From Patescibacteria group bacterium (GTDB lineage: Bacteria > Patescibacteriota > Microgenomatia > UBA12405): 64,000 nt of DNA. Location of the stretch: positions 8,950-72,949 of the forward strand of contig JAHIPV010000009.1 in the NCBI GenBank assembly GCA_018902845.1. Direction: 5' to 3'. This document shows positions 29,162-37,990 of the stretch, in pieces. Position 1 is the first letter of the stretch. Each line of letters opens with the position of its first letter. The notes under the pieces were generated by a model that was given only the letters and a program-made list of their open reading frames with translations, did no database searches and was not told the origin of the DNA. The position numbers were made by a program, and so were the translations under genes.

Positions 29162-30034
29162 TTAACTGGGTATTTTTCTTTTTTGGAAGAATTTTATGAC
29201 TAGGAAAATTACTATTAGTATCGGCGAGTAGACAAGAGCCCAGATAAATAAATTGCCCAGTGATCTTAAGTTTAAAATTAGAGATCTGACGGCTGTTTTG
29301 AAAATTACTTTTGGCCTCCAAGCTTTGGTGGGACTGTAGGGCAATTCAAGTTCGTCAGTTGATAAATAAACCATGATTTTGGTTAGTTTGGCAGATTGGC
29401 TTAGATATTCCTGACGACCCCTGAGGCTGTCTATTTGCTGTTGCAGGCTAACCAATTCTCTTTGAACATTAAGAAGATCTGGAATTTTACTAGCCTGAGA
29501 AAAAATTTCTTCAAATTTTGATTTCGTTTTGTAGAGAACCTCCAACTTTGCGTCCAAATCTTCATATTCATCTGTAACATCACGGCCGTAAACTGTTTCT
29601 GAAACTACCTTTACTGCCATGGATCTGAGCTGGTCTAAAATCTGCTGGCGATTATCTGACGGAACACGAATGGTGATATTGCCTGAATCAGCGCCTTCCG
29701 GCGAAGAAAGATGGGAATCAACCATGTAGCCGTTTGTTTGTGTGGCCATGTTTTCAATTTCATCGATCGTCTGCCTGACATTTTTTACCAAAAGCGAAAG
29801 GTTGGTGTCTTTTGTAACCATCCTAGGCTGGCTTTGACTTGGGGGTGTTTCGGGAAGCATTTTTGAGGAAGATTCCAGCAAGGCAAAATTTGAGCCAGAA
29901 TCGGTTGATTGAAGTGATGAGGCTGATTGGAATGCTTGAGCTTGTTTAATTAAATAGGCGATGATAATAAGTAGTGTGAGGGTAAACCAGTTTTTTTTGA
30001 GCCATTTAATAATGGACATGTTTAAGTTTAACAC
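29162..30034 (-). CDS. DUF4349-like protein
   Basis: ITIRVP and DVTDEYEDL motifs, coiled coil, C-terminal TM. Confidence 0.8.
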   Translation of the reverse strand: MLNLNMSIIKWLKKNWFTLTLLIIIAYLIKQAQAFQSASSLQSTDSGSNFALLESSSKMLPETPPSQSQPRMVTKDTNLSLLVKNVRQTIDEIENMATQTNGYMVDSHLSSPEGADSGNITIRVPSDNRQQILDQLRSMAVKVVSETVYGRDVTDEYEDLDAKLEVLYKTKSKFEEIFSQASKIPDLLNVQRELVSLQQQIDSLRGRQEYLSQSAKLTKIMVYLSTDELELPYSPTKAWRPKVIFKTAVRSLILNLRSLGNLFIWALVYSPILIVIFLVIKFFQKRKIPS

Positions 30035-30072
30035 ATTATTTAAATTATTAACCGAAAGTGTTTGGTTCCCAG

Positions 30073-30221
30073 GGGATCCTTCTCCCCCTGCGGGTGATCA
30101 GGATGACGGATAGCAAGCGTCATTCTGAGCGAGAGCGAAGAATCTCAAAGTAAGTTTTGAATTCTATGGGATCCTTCTCCCCCTGCGGGTGATCAGGATG
30201 ACGGGTGATTCGCAATGACAG
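30073..30221. repeat. Cluster of palindromic elements with two identical ~37-bp right arms
   Basis: gggatccttctccccctgcgggtgatcaggatgacgg at 30073 and 30168. Confidence 0.9.
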
Positions 30222-30238
30222 GTATGTTAGAATATTTT

Positions 30239-30379
30239 ATGTTTTTGAAAAACTTAAGCCCTTTGCTATCTGTTGTTTTTGGAATTTTGGTTTTATTGAA
30301 TCCAAAATTATTGTCGACTTTAATCGGAATTTATCTGATTATTGTTGGTCTTTTGGGACTTGGTTTAATTAATTTTTAG
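30239..30379 (+). CDS. Small two-TM protein, DUF3096-like (not in the ORF track)
   Basis: MFLKNLSPLLSVVFGILVLLNPKLLSTLIGIYLIIVGLLGLGLINF; TAGAAT 5 nt upstream. Confidence 0.7.
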   Translation: MFLKNLSPLLSVVFGILVLLNPKLLSTLIGIYLIIVGLLGLGLINF

Positions 30380-30383
30380 TTTT

Positions 30384-30866
30384 TCAGGCGAGTTTTGACA
30401 GTGCGAGTTCGATTTTGTCTGTGGCCTTTTCTATTGAAGTATGTGATAAAAAAGCTAATTCTTCGGCAAGCTGTTTTAAGGCTAATTTAAAGATATTTTT
30501 TCTGCTGGTAGCAAAAGGCCTGGTGGGATCTTTTTGTTCTATCCAAAGTCTTTTTAAGATTGAAACGGTTTGATTGATGTCGTTGGAATCAAGTAGGTTT
30601 CTGGCTGTATTGATGTCAAGTGGCAAAGCTAATTCTCTTTTGACTGATAAAAATTTTATTGCTTCGTTTATTTCCTTTCTGGTAACAGGTTTTCTTATAT
30701 TAGTTTTGGAGATACTTGAAATGGGAATTGAAGAAGTTAAAAGCGTGTCTTTGTCTTCTTTAAAGAACGGTTCAAAAAAAATAATATCTTTTTTGATTTT
30801 GTAGATTTTGTATACCCGTCCTCCGTCGACCAGTTTATCTCCCATTTTAAACGAAATTTTGTCCAT
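30384..30866 (-). CDS. CarD-like transcriptional regulator
   Basis: FKMGDKLV N-terminus, TNIRKPV and LAEELA pattern. Confidence 0.65.
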   Translation of the reverse strand: MDKISFKMGDKLVDGGRVYKIYKIKKDIIFFEPFFKEDKDTLLTSSIPISSISKTNIRKPVTRKEINEAIKFLSVKRELALPLDINTARNLLDSNDINQTVSILKRLWIEQKDPTRPFATSRKNIFKLALKQLAEELAFLSHTSIEKATDKIELALSKLA

Positions 30867-30886
30867 TCTTTGTTATTCTAACACAG

Positions 30887-31639
30887 TTAAACGGCCGGTC
30901 TCCAAAATTCGAAATACATTGTCGTATTTTCTGCAATTGGTTGCAAAAGATTGAGAATTTTTTCGATATTTTGCAAATAGAAAGGAGAAGATGCTCCAAA
31001 ATTATTTTTACTGAAGGCCAATCCGGGAGCAACATAAATCATGCTGTGGATACGGCAGGGGGGAATATTGTTTAAGCGGGGGTTTTCGTACTTAACAGTA
31101 AAGAAAATGTGATCGCCAAATCTTAAATTGCTGGGTCTTTTAATTTTTTGATAATTATCAATGACAAAATTGACGTGGTCTTCGTTTGTCTTTTTTAACC
31201 TATCAATATAATCCGGGTTGTGAAAAAGTATGGCCGAAGAATGAGGCCCGGTAAGAAGAGACAATTCGGCCCTAGCATAACCGTAAAGTTTCCTTAAATG
31301 TTTTGGCAATAACTCTTTGACACGAATTTTGATGTTTTTTGGTGAATTTTTACTAGCTTTTTTGACCGATAAATTGGTAATTTCCAAATTAGAACAATAT
31401 ATACCCTTAAAAAGAGGCTCATTTCTCTTGAGTAAAAGACGATCGGTGTTACTTAAAAGTTTTTCTGGTGGATTCTCAATCGCTTTAAGTTTTTGCGGTT
31501 TTATTTGTAGCTTGACAAGGCCCGGATTTTGAAGCCATTGAGATGGCAACCCCAGCTCCATTTTTTGGGCTTGGTGTTTATCAAAAGTGACAGGTTGTGA
31601 TTTGAAAGGCCTGGAGTTAAAAATAGGATCAATTGACAT
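30887..31639 (-). CDS. Orphan protein, possible NlpC/P60-like papain fold
   Basis: IYCS...GDHIFF...HSMIYV. Confidence 0.5.
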   Translation of the reverse strand: MSIDPIFNSRPFKSQPVTFDKHQAQKMELGLPSQWLQNPGLVKLQIKPQKLKAIENPPEKLLSNTDRLLLKRNEPLFKGIYCSNLEITNLSVKKASKNSPKNIKIRVKELLPKHLRKLYGYARAELSLLTGPHSSAILFHNPDYIDRLKKTNEDHVNFVIDNYQKIKRPSNLRFGDHIFFTVKYENPRLNNIPPCRIHSMIYVAPGLAFSKNNFGASSPFYLQNIEKILNLLQPIAENTTMYFEFWRPAV

Positions 31640-31674
31640 TAATGCTTATTTTAACATTTTTTTTGGCTTTTTGC

Positions 31675-32541
31675 TTAAAAAATTGTACTTTCTTTTTTGT
31701 CAGGCGTAGAAATAGGCAAAATATAGACATCGCTACCGTAATTATCGGTGGCAACAAGTTTTCCCTTCTTTTGTAAAATAGCTTCAAAGGGTTTGCAGGC
31801 AAAACAACCACCTTCTTTGTGGCATTTGAAGCTTTGCAATTGGCGAGCCAGTTTAATTTTTTTGGCAATTTGTAGAACTTTTTGTTCAGATTTTTTTAGA
31901 TTTGGCAGTTTTTTTGGCACCAGTTTATCACTTAAATCAAGATACCAATAGCTGGCTTTTTTGACTTTTCTTTTTTGGCAATTGTGAACCAAAAGATGAT
32001 AAATCGGTAATTGGAGAGAATCGGAGTCTTGCCTGCTTTTGCCGGTTTTAAAGTCAATTAAGTGAACCGAATCAATGTCAGGCAAATATTCCAACCAATC
32101 GATTTTACCGCAGAGAATAATGTTGTCTTTTTCCGATAACCAGAAATAAGGCAAATCCTCTGTGATTTTTACAGCTAGTTTTTGAATCGGCCCGGGGTTG
32201 TCAATCACCCTTTGAATCATTTTTTGGCCACGGATTTTATATTTTAGTTCAACATCAGGATCAGTAAAACCACCTTTTTCTCCAGATACCTGCTTCCATG
32301 CTTGTTCGAATTTCTCTAAAAGAGGTTGTTTGAAACGTTTATTAACAGGCAAAAGAGAAAGTGACTCTATGACTTTGTGGACTGCTTGACCCAAGCTCAT
32401 GGCCGGATTAATTATTTTAATTTTGTGGTTAGTGACAGGATCTTTGTAAACATTTTTTAGATAGTAGGCGCGGGGACATTGAAGGTAATCATTTATGGAA
32501 GAATGAGAAACCCAAACGGCAGTGTATTTGTCTTGAGGCAT
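31675..32541 (-). CDS. PD-(D/E)XK nuclease, RecB/AddB/Cas4-like, with 4 Cys
   Basis: CPRAYY, GQAVH, GKID, DFKTG and C..C..C motifs. Confidence 0.88.
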   Translation of the reverse strand: MPQDKYTAVWVSHSSINDYLQCPRAYYLKNVYKDPVTNHKIKIINPAMSLGQAVHKVIESLSLLPVNKRFKQPLLEKFEQAWKQVSGEKGGFTDPDVELKYKIRGQKMIQRVIDNPGPIQKLAVKITEDLPYFWLSEKDNIILCGKIDWLEYLPDIDSVHLIDFKTGKSRQDSDSLQLPIYHLLVHNCQKRKVKKASYWYLDLSDKLVPKKLPNLKKSEQKVLQIAKKIKLARQLQSFKCHKEGGCFACKPFEAILQKKGKLVATDNYGSDVYILPISTPDKKESTIF

Positions 32542-32584
32542 GAGTTTATATTAACATGACTGGTTTGTTGATTTTGATGTAATA

Positions 32585-33835
32585 TTGGACATTGATATGA
32601 CTAAAAAATCCGATGAGTTTTTAAATTTTGCCGATATTTTAAACAACAAAGAAACTGATGAATTGTTAAGAAAAATTAAGCTTGGTCGCAAAGATGATTC
32701 TGCTAGTAAGAAAAAAATAAAAATTAAAGATTTATGCAGAATGAGGGATTATAGATTACAGGCGCTGGTGAATTGGGTTAAGTTGTTTGGTAAAAAGGGG
32801 TATTGGGATTATAAGTGGTTGCTGAGATATGGATGGGAATGGATAAGACCAAAGTGGATAAACAAAAATGGTAGAGAAATTTCTTGGCGATTGATATTGT
32901 TTCCAAATTCAGAGGTCAGGAGATTCCTCCACTTCGGTCGGAATGACAAGATTAATAAATTTTCTCGGATTTTTGATTTAAGGGATATTGGGAGGGTTAG
33001 GAAAGAAGTACTAAAATTGGGTAAATTTGATCCTCTGTGGTTTGCCAGAATTTTTGAGCCAGAAACTAAGGGAATCAGAGCTTGGGAATATGGAATGTTG
33101 TTAAATTATTTCAAAAAGAAAAACAAAAAGATATTAGATATCGGTAGTGGCGGAAGTTTACTGCCTGATTTTTTGGCTAGTAGCGGGGCGAAGGTGACCA
33201 GTATTGATATTGAGAAACCAATGGAAAAAAGACCCGTCTTTGCCAAAGGCTACGACGAGGCAAAGGAAAAAAAACTGGCGAAGGTGGAGTTTGTGGTTGG
33301 GGATATGACGAAATTACCATTTAAAAAAAATAGTTTTGATGCAGTAATTTGCATTTCGGCTATCGAACATTTGGACACAAAAATGGAAGGTGGTTTTTAT
33401 TCCAAAAAAGAATATTGGAATAGGACAATAAGAGCATTGAGAGAAATGGCGAGAGTGACTAAAAAAAATGGGTTGTTTTATTTGACAACTGATTTTTATT
33501 TAAAAAGACAGAAGACGGACAATTGGAGTGATTTAAATAAATTGATGAATAAAGATGATTTTGATTACGACGGGATCCTTCTCCGCCAACTGGCGGATCA
33601 GGATGACGGTGTGAAAAGACAGGGTGACGGTGTGAAAAGACAGGGTGACGGTGTGAAAATTAGAGGGGCGTATGAGTGGAAGAGATTAAAAATGTTTTTG
33701 AGTGAATTAAATAAAGCAGAGTTAAAAATTAAGACAGATGTTGATAAATATAAAAAATTATTAATGAAAGATAAAAATAGATCGAATTATAGAGGCAGGT
33801 ATTTTACTACCGTAGCTTTTGTTGGCCTAGGATGA
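32585..33835 (+). CDS. Class I SAM-dependent methyltransferase with three repeat inserts
   Basis: ILDIGSG, GDMTKLPF..SFD and SAIEH motifs. Confidence 0.85.
   Translation: MDIDMTKKSDEFLNFADILNNKETDELLRKIKLGRKDDSASKKKIKIKDLCRMRDYRLQALVNWVKLFGKKGYWDYKWLLRYGWEWIRPKWINKNGREISWRLILFPNSEVRRFLHFGRNDKINKFSRIFDLRDIGRVRKEVLKLGKFDPLWFARIFEPETKGIRAWEYGMLLNYFKKKNKKILDIGSGGSLLPDFLASSGAKVTSIDIEKPMEKRPVFAKGYDEAKEKKLAKVEFVVGDMTKLPFKKNSFDAVICISAIEHLDTKMEGGFYSKKEYWNRTIRALREMARVTKKNGLFYLTTDFYLKRQKTDNWSDLNKLMNKDDFDYDGILLRQLADQDDGVKRQGDGVKRQGDGVKIRGAYEWKRLKMFLSELNKAELKIKTDVDKYKKLLMKDKNRSNYRGRYFTTVAFVGLG
32908..32949. repeat. Solo element, in frame (SEVRRFLHFGRND)
   Basis: Sibling of 53608-53649. Confidence 0.85.
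33233..33263. repeat. GC-rich hairpin-like insert, in frame (PVFAKGYDEA)
   Basis: ccgtctttgccaaaggctacgacg; single copy in the window. Confidence 0.55.
33571..33659. repeat. Solo element followed by ~3 tandem 21-bp end duplications, in frame
   Basis: CAGG(A/G)TGACGGTGTGAAAAGA about 3 times. Confidence 0.9.
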
Positions 33836-34373
33836 TGATGATGTCGCTGGTGTTACTGTCGGGCAGTGTTTCTTTTTGATTAATTAAAAAGTTTTTTTCT
33901 ATTATTTGATAAATCGAAGTTTTTAGGTTTTCGGGTATAAAGCTTTTACTTTTGACTATAGTATTTTGAGAATTATCGGTGTTGCCAATTTGAGTAACAA
34001 GGATTTGCTGGTTTTTTTCTAGTTCTTCTTTTAGCCCGGAAGCAATACCGGAAATGCCACTGGCATTAAAAATTTGAACAGTAAACTGAACGGTTTTGCT
34101 TGTGACGGTTGGAGTGGTTATTTTATCAGAATCGGGTTGGACGGATGCCTGTTCTGTGTTGTTGTTTTCGAAACTAAAAGGAGTTTTGGATTCCGAAAAT
34201 TCAATGGCCTTTTTGAATAAAGACAGGTCTATATCTATGCCGTTTTCTTCAAATATTTTTTTATTTGTAGGTTTTCTTTCTATGGAAAAATAATAAAAGA
34301 ACATAAAAATATTGAAAATAATAGTAAAAGATCCAAAAGCAGTTATTATCAATAATTTAAGTCTGGTATTCAT
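33807..34373 (-). CDS. LytR C-terminal domain protein
   Basis: VQIFNASGISGIA...IGN...DIIIILG. Confidence 0.8.
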   Translation of the reverse strand: MNTRLKLLIITAFGSFTIIFNIFMFFYYFSIERKPTNKKIFEENGIDIDLSLFKKAIEFSESKTPFSFENNNTEQASVQPDSDKITTPTVTSKTVQFTVQIFNASGISGIASGLKEELEKNQQILVTQIGNTDNSQNTIVKSKSFIPENLKTSIYQIIEKNFLINQKETLPDSNTSDIIIILGQQKLR

Positions 34374-35017
34374 TAATAAAAACTGTCATTAACATATAAA
34401 TTGGCTTTTATAATGAGGTCAGCGTTTGATACAAAAGAATCGGTGCTTTTTAGTGATATATTTTCTATTTCAATTAAAAAATCAGCATCTAAAAAAGATT
34501 CTAAAAAAGAAATAATTTTGGTTGGTTTGGCTGTGGCTTCCAAAATAAAGGGGAGATATTTTTGTTTTTTATTAGCAATCGGCTCATCTGACTCAAAACT
34601 CAATTCCAATTTTTCAAAGGAAGAAGAAGCCTTGTTTATGGAGCTAATGAGGTCAATTAATTTTTCTTGATTAGGAAAAAGCTTGTCTAGGCCGTCAGTT
34701 TTTTTCAAAAATTCTTTTGAAAAACCATTTTTGCTTAATTCCTGCTGAAAATCAAAGGCTGATTTTGTTTGGGCATAATCATCTAAGACTCTTTTGGAAA
34801 TAAGGACGAAAACAATGTTAAGAAAAATGATTAAAAATAAAGTGATGAATGTGAAAAATGAATGTTTGGCTGATTTTACTATTGACTGATTTTGTTTTAT
34901 TTTGTTGGCAACTTTAACAGGACTATTATCTGTTAATTTTATCGACGGTTCCGTTGTTGTTTTGGCGGAATCATTGTTAGTAGTTACCGATTGAACTGGT
35001 TTTATTTTTTGGATCAT
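34373..35017 (-). CDS. PilO-like pilus assembly protein
   Basis: TM helix plus position after pilM/N. Confidence 0.55.
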   Translation of the reverse strand: MIQKIKPVQSVTTNNDSAKTTTEPSIKLTDNSPVKVANKIKQNQSIVKSAKHSFFTFITLFLIIFLNIVFVLISKRVLDDYAQTKSAFDFQQELSKNGFSKEFLKKTDGLDKLFPNQEKLIDLISSINKASSSFEKLELSFESDEPIANKKQKYLPFILEATAKPTKIISFLESFLDADFLIEIENISLKSTDSFVSNADLIIKANLYVNDSFY

Positions 35018-35020
35018 TTT

Positions 35021-36421
35021 TTACAATGTTTTTAATACTAACTTCATTCTAAACTCTACCTGGGAAGCTTTTTCTAAAGAGGAAACCGGAAGAGTAACTT
35101 GATTGATAAAATCTTTTTCTTCCAAGGTTTCTTTTAATTTAAGTAGATCTAGTCTTGTTTTGGCTCTTCCCGTAAATATAAATTCTTTTTTGGCAGAGTC
35201 AAAGTTAATACCAGTGATCTCTATGTTGTCAAAAGAAGATGCTAAAAATTCTTTTATTGTTTGGATCAAAAGGTTGTTTTGATCCGAAATTTGATTAACA
35301 AGAGATATTTTGTTTTTGTAAAAAGAAAATTTGTCAATACTAGCTGTAACAGAAGAATAGACTGGGTCCAGATTTTCTTTCAGGTTTTTGTTTTTGTTTT
35401 GGCAATTGAAATAAAGAAAAAGCAGAAAAAAACTCAAGAAAGAAACGGAGACGATAAAAAAGAGAGAAAAACTGTTTATAAGCCTATCTTTGGATAAATT
35501 TTTGTATTTTTGAGAAAGTGAATATGGCAAGATGTTAATAGTTTTTGTATCTTCAGGAAGAGTAACGTTTTTTTGGGCTAAAGAAATTAAAACTGCCAGT
35601 TCGGATTCTCTATTACTGGGGATGTTTTTTATTTTATTGGAAAGAAGAATGGTTTCCAGATTTAGTTTTTCTTTAATTTCTTTTAGAAGTGAATCAGAAC
35701 ACTTTTTGCCACAGAGATAGATTTTAGGAGGATTTTGTTTCCTTTTTTTTAGGTAAAAATTTTTCATTTCCTGAATAGTGTCCATGAAATGATTGTTTTT
35801 TCCAACCACAGAACAAGCCTTGATACTTGTTTTGCTACCTAAAACCAAAACCGTAGAAATTTCGTCAATTTCGGCAACAAAACTTAGTTTTTGATTTTCT
35901 TTTGGCAAAAGTCGAAAAAGAGAAATCGCGGTGCTTTCAAAGGCTACCGGCTTTAAACCTGCTTTGATAAGAATTTTGGTAAAGGCATTAATTATTTTTT
36001 TGGGAACAGCACTAACAACAATGTTTAGCTTGTTTTCTTTTTTTTTGGTCAACATCCAGTCAAGATACAGTTTTTGATATGAAATAGGCAAAAAAGTATC
36101 TGCCTGAAATTTGATAGCCTGATCAATTTCTGATAGTTCAATATCCGGCAGAGTTAAAGTGTGGACAAAGGCCTTGACTTCCGAAATACCAACAATAACG
36201 GAGGCATCGTCAATTTTTAGTTGGGACTTAATTTGTTCCAAAACAGAAAGAAGCTGAACGCTATCTTTTATTTGACCATTTTGGATGGTTTGTTCGGATA
36301 AGGGAAATTCGTAAAAAAGCTCCAGACTGTCCCCTCTTTTGTTTAATTTGGCAACTTTTATGTTTTGATCCGTAAAAAGAAAGGCTAAATATCTTTTTTG
36401 GGCTCCCCTAAATGCATCCAT
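35021..36421 (-). CDS. pilM: PilM-PilN fusion
   Basis: Actin-like PilM N-part (AGLKPVAFE), then INILP + TM + PilN-like C-part. Confidence 0.75.
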   Translation of the reverse strand: MDAFRGAQKRYLAFLFTDQNIKVAKLNKRGDSLELFYEFPLSEQTIQNGQIKDSVQLLSVLEQIKSQLKIDDASVIVGISEVKAFVHTLTLPDIELSEIDQAIKFQADTFLPISYQKLYLDWMLTKKKENKLNIVVSAVPKKIINAFTKILIKAGLKPVAFESTAISLFRLLPKENQKLSFVAEIDEISTVLVLGSKTSIKACSVVGKNNHFMDTIQEMKNFYLKKRKQNPPKIYLCGKKCSDSLLKEIKEKLNLETILLSNKIKNIPSNRESELAVLISLAQKNVTLPEDTKTINILPYSLSQKYKNLSKDRLINSFSLFFIVSVSFLSFFLLFLYFNCQNKNKNLKENLDPVYSSVTASIDKFSFYKNKISLVNQISDQNNLLIQTIKEFLASSFDNIEITGINFDSAKKEFIFTGRAKTRLDLLKLKETLEEKDFINQVTLPVSSLEKASQVEFRMKLVLKTL

Positions 36422-36446
36422 GGTAGATAAATCTTAACACGCGCAA

Positions 36447-36830
36447 CTAGTTTAGTTTTTTAAAGTCTTTGTCAAAGGAGAAAACTTCGGCTTGGTTAGT
36501 CTGGGCGCAGACAAAAAGATATGCATCTACTAAATCAATATTTTTGTTTTGATAAATAACCGTAGCTTGTTTTAACTCTTCTTTGTTATTAATTACCAAA
36601 AAATTCATACTCAAAATGATTTTTAGATGAGTAACAACATCCTTTTTGTTTCTTTTGTAAACACTTTTTAATACGTAAGCGAATTCAAAAAGAATTTGTG
36701 GAATTGTAAATAATTTACAATTATTTTTTTGGGCTTGCAAAAAATATTTTCGGGCTAAATTGGATTGTCTTGTATTGTCGTTTAAAAAATATCTTAAAAA
36801 AACGTTAGTATCCACGTATAGCTTTTTCAT
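36447..36830 (-). CDS. PIN-domain toxin
   Basis: YVDTNVFLR, DAYL and SFDKDF motifs. Confidence 0.9.
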   Translation of the reverse strand: MKKLYVDTNVFLRYFLNDNTRQSNLARKYFLQAQKNNCKLFTIPQILFEFAYVLKSVYKRNKKDVVTHLKIILSMNFLVINNKEELKQATVIYQNKNIDLVDAYLFVCAQTNQAEVFSFDKDFKKLN

Positions 36831-37102
36831 TTTTGCTTATTGGAAAATTTCTTTAAAACATAGTTTTGAGCGGCCGTTTCTTCGATTTTGATTACCTGAT
36901 CTGTAGATTTGTTTTTTATTGCTAAACCGGATAAAGATCCCTGCATGTCTAATAAATTTGGAATTGGCTGAATAATAATCTTTCCATCAAGAATTGTCAT
37001 AAAAAAATTCGATGGAATTTTTATGCCTAATTTTTTCCTGATTTTGGCTGGAATACTGATTTGTCCTTGCCTGGTAATTCTGCCTGTACTTACTGCGATC
37101 AT
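36827..37102 (-). CDS. AbrB/MazE-family antitoxin
   Basis: ITRQGQISIPAKIRKKLGI. Confidence 0.9.
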   Translation of the reverse strand: MIAVSTGRITRQGQISIPAKIRKKLGIKIPSNFFMTILDGKIIIQPIPNLLDMQGSLSGLAIKNKSTDQVIKIEETAAQNYVLKKFSNKQK

Positions 37103-37137
37103 GTAATGAGTTTACATAAATTTAATGCGTTTGTCAA
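37101..37137 (-). promoter_or_regulatory. Promoter and palindromic operator of the TA cassette
   Basis: TTGACA-17nt-TAAACT-6nt-ATG; ATGTAA-N5-TTACAT inverted repeat. Confidence 0.7.
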
Positions 37138-37148
37138 GTTGCATTAAA

Positions 37149-37529
37149 TTATCTTTCTTCTATTGGTGAGAATTGGTAGGTGCCGGAGGAGAAGGTAACC
37201 GTAAGACCAACCATGCGAGAACGTTGGTTTTGCTGACAAAATGAATTAATGTCTTTACCTCCTGTTATGTCGCTAACTTGAGTGGTGCAAGAGATATTGT
37301 CTTCATTAATAGTTTCCCCTGCAAAAGTAGGATCGCGAAGACTCCTTAGGGCGGCGTTTTCTAGATGACCCTCGGCTCTATTTAATAAAATCAAGCCTTG
37401 ACTGTATTCGTTGTCAAGGCTTAACGAAGAAAGACTAAAAGCTGAAGTTTGAAGAATCAAGGAGGTAATAATGGCACTAACAAAAACAAGAATAATCATT
37501 GCCTGTCCCGATTGTTTTTTGTATTTCAT
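37149..37529 (-). CDS. Minor pilin-like protein (PilX-like)
   Basis: SG|QAMIILV leader. Confidence 0.7.
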   Translation of the reverse strand: MKYKKQSGQAMIILVFVSAIITSLILQTSAFSLSSLSLDNEYSQGLILLNRAEGHLENAALRSLRDPTFAGETINEDNISCTTQVSDITGGKDINSFCQQNQRSRMVGLTVTFSSGTYQFSPIEER

Positions 37530-37990
37530 GGTAAGGTGGTGGCACTTTGAAAGTGATAGGAGTAAGTTCTGCCTGTCAGATCAAAGCTAATTTTAACAGT
37601 AGGGTGATTTGCGGAAGGACCAAAATGAGTAAAGGTAAGATTTTTGACTTGAACCAAGCTGTCGGTGAGTTTAAAAGTTTGGCCATCTTCGGTTTTTTCT
37701 AAGGCATTGTCGTCGTCTAATTGATAAGTAGTGGCGCCGGCGTTGAGAAAAAGATAGTCGTCACTCTCCCCAATAGTTGGGTAATTTACAGAATTGGCTT
37801 TTTTGACTGTTTGGTGAAAATCAAAAAGAATTCTTTGTCCATTAGTGTAAATTTCAGCCCGAGCTAATTGATTAACTCTCTGTATGGTGATTTGAGAGTA
37901 AAAAGAGTAAAGAGCTACCATGATCGTTACTAACAGGGCAGAGTAGATTATCATTTCGATGATGGTAGTACCTTTGTTTTTATAGCTCAT
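37526..37990 (-). CDS. Minor pilin
   Basis: KG|TTIIEMII prepilin motif. Confidence 0.85.
   Translation of the reverse strand: MSYKNKGTTIIEMIIYSALLVTIMVALYSFYSQITIQRVNQLARAEIYTNGQRILFDFHQTVKKANSVNYPTIGESDDYLFLNAGATTYQLDDDNALEKTEDGQTFKLTDSLVQVKNLTFTHFGPSANHPTVKISFDLTGRTYSYHFQSATTLP

Noticed and set aside
29091-29321. 76-aa ORF
   Set aside because: Alternative frame of the DUF4349-like gene ending in a repeat element
31675-32541. Cas4 as evidence of a CRISPR system
   Set aside because: Solitary PD-(D/E)XK nuclease with no cas1, cas2 or array nearby
33599-33659. CRISPR-like direct repeats
   Set aside because: Units are contiguous with no unique spacers, lie in frame within a CDS, and no cas operon is present
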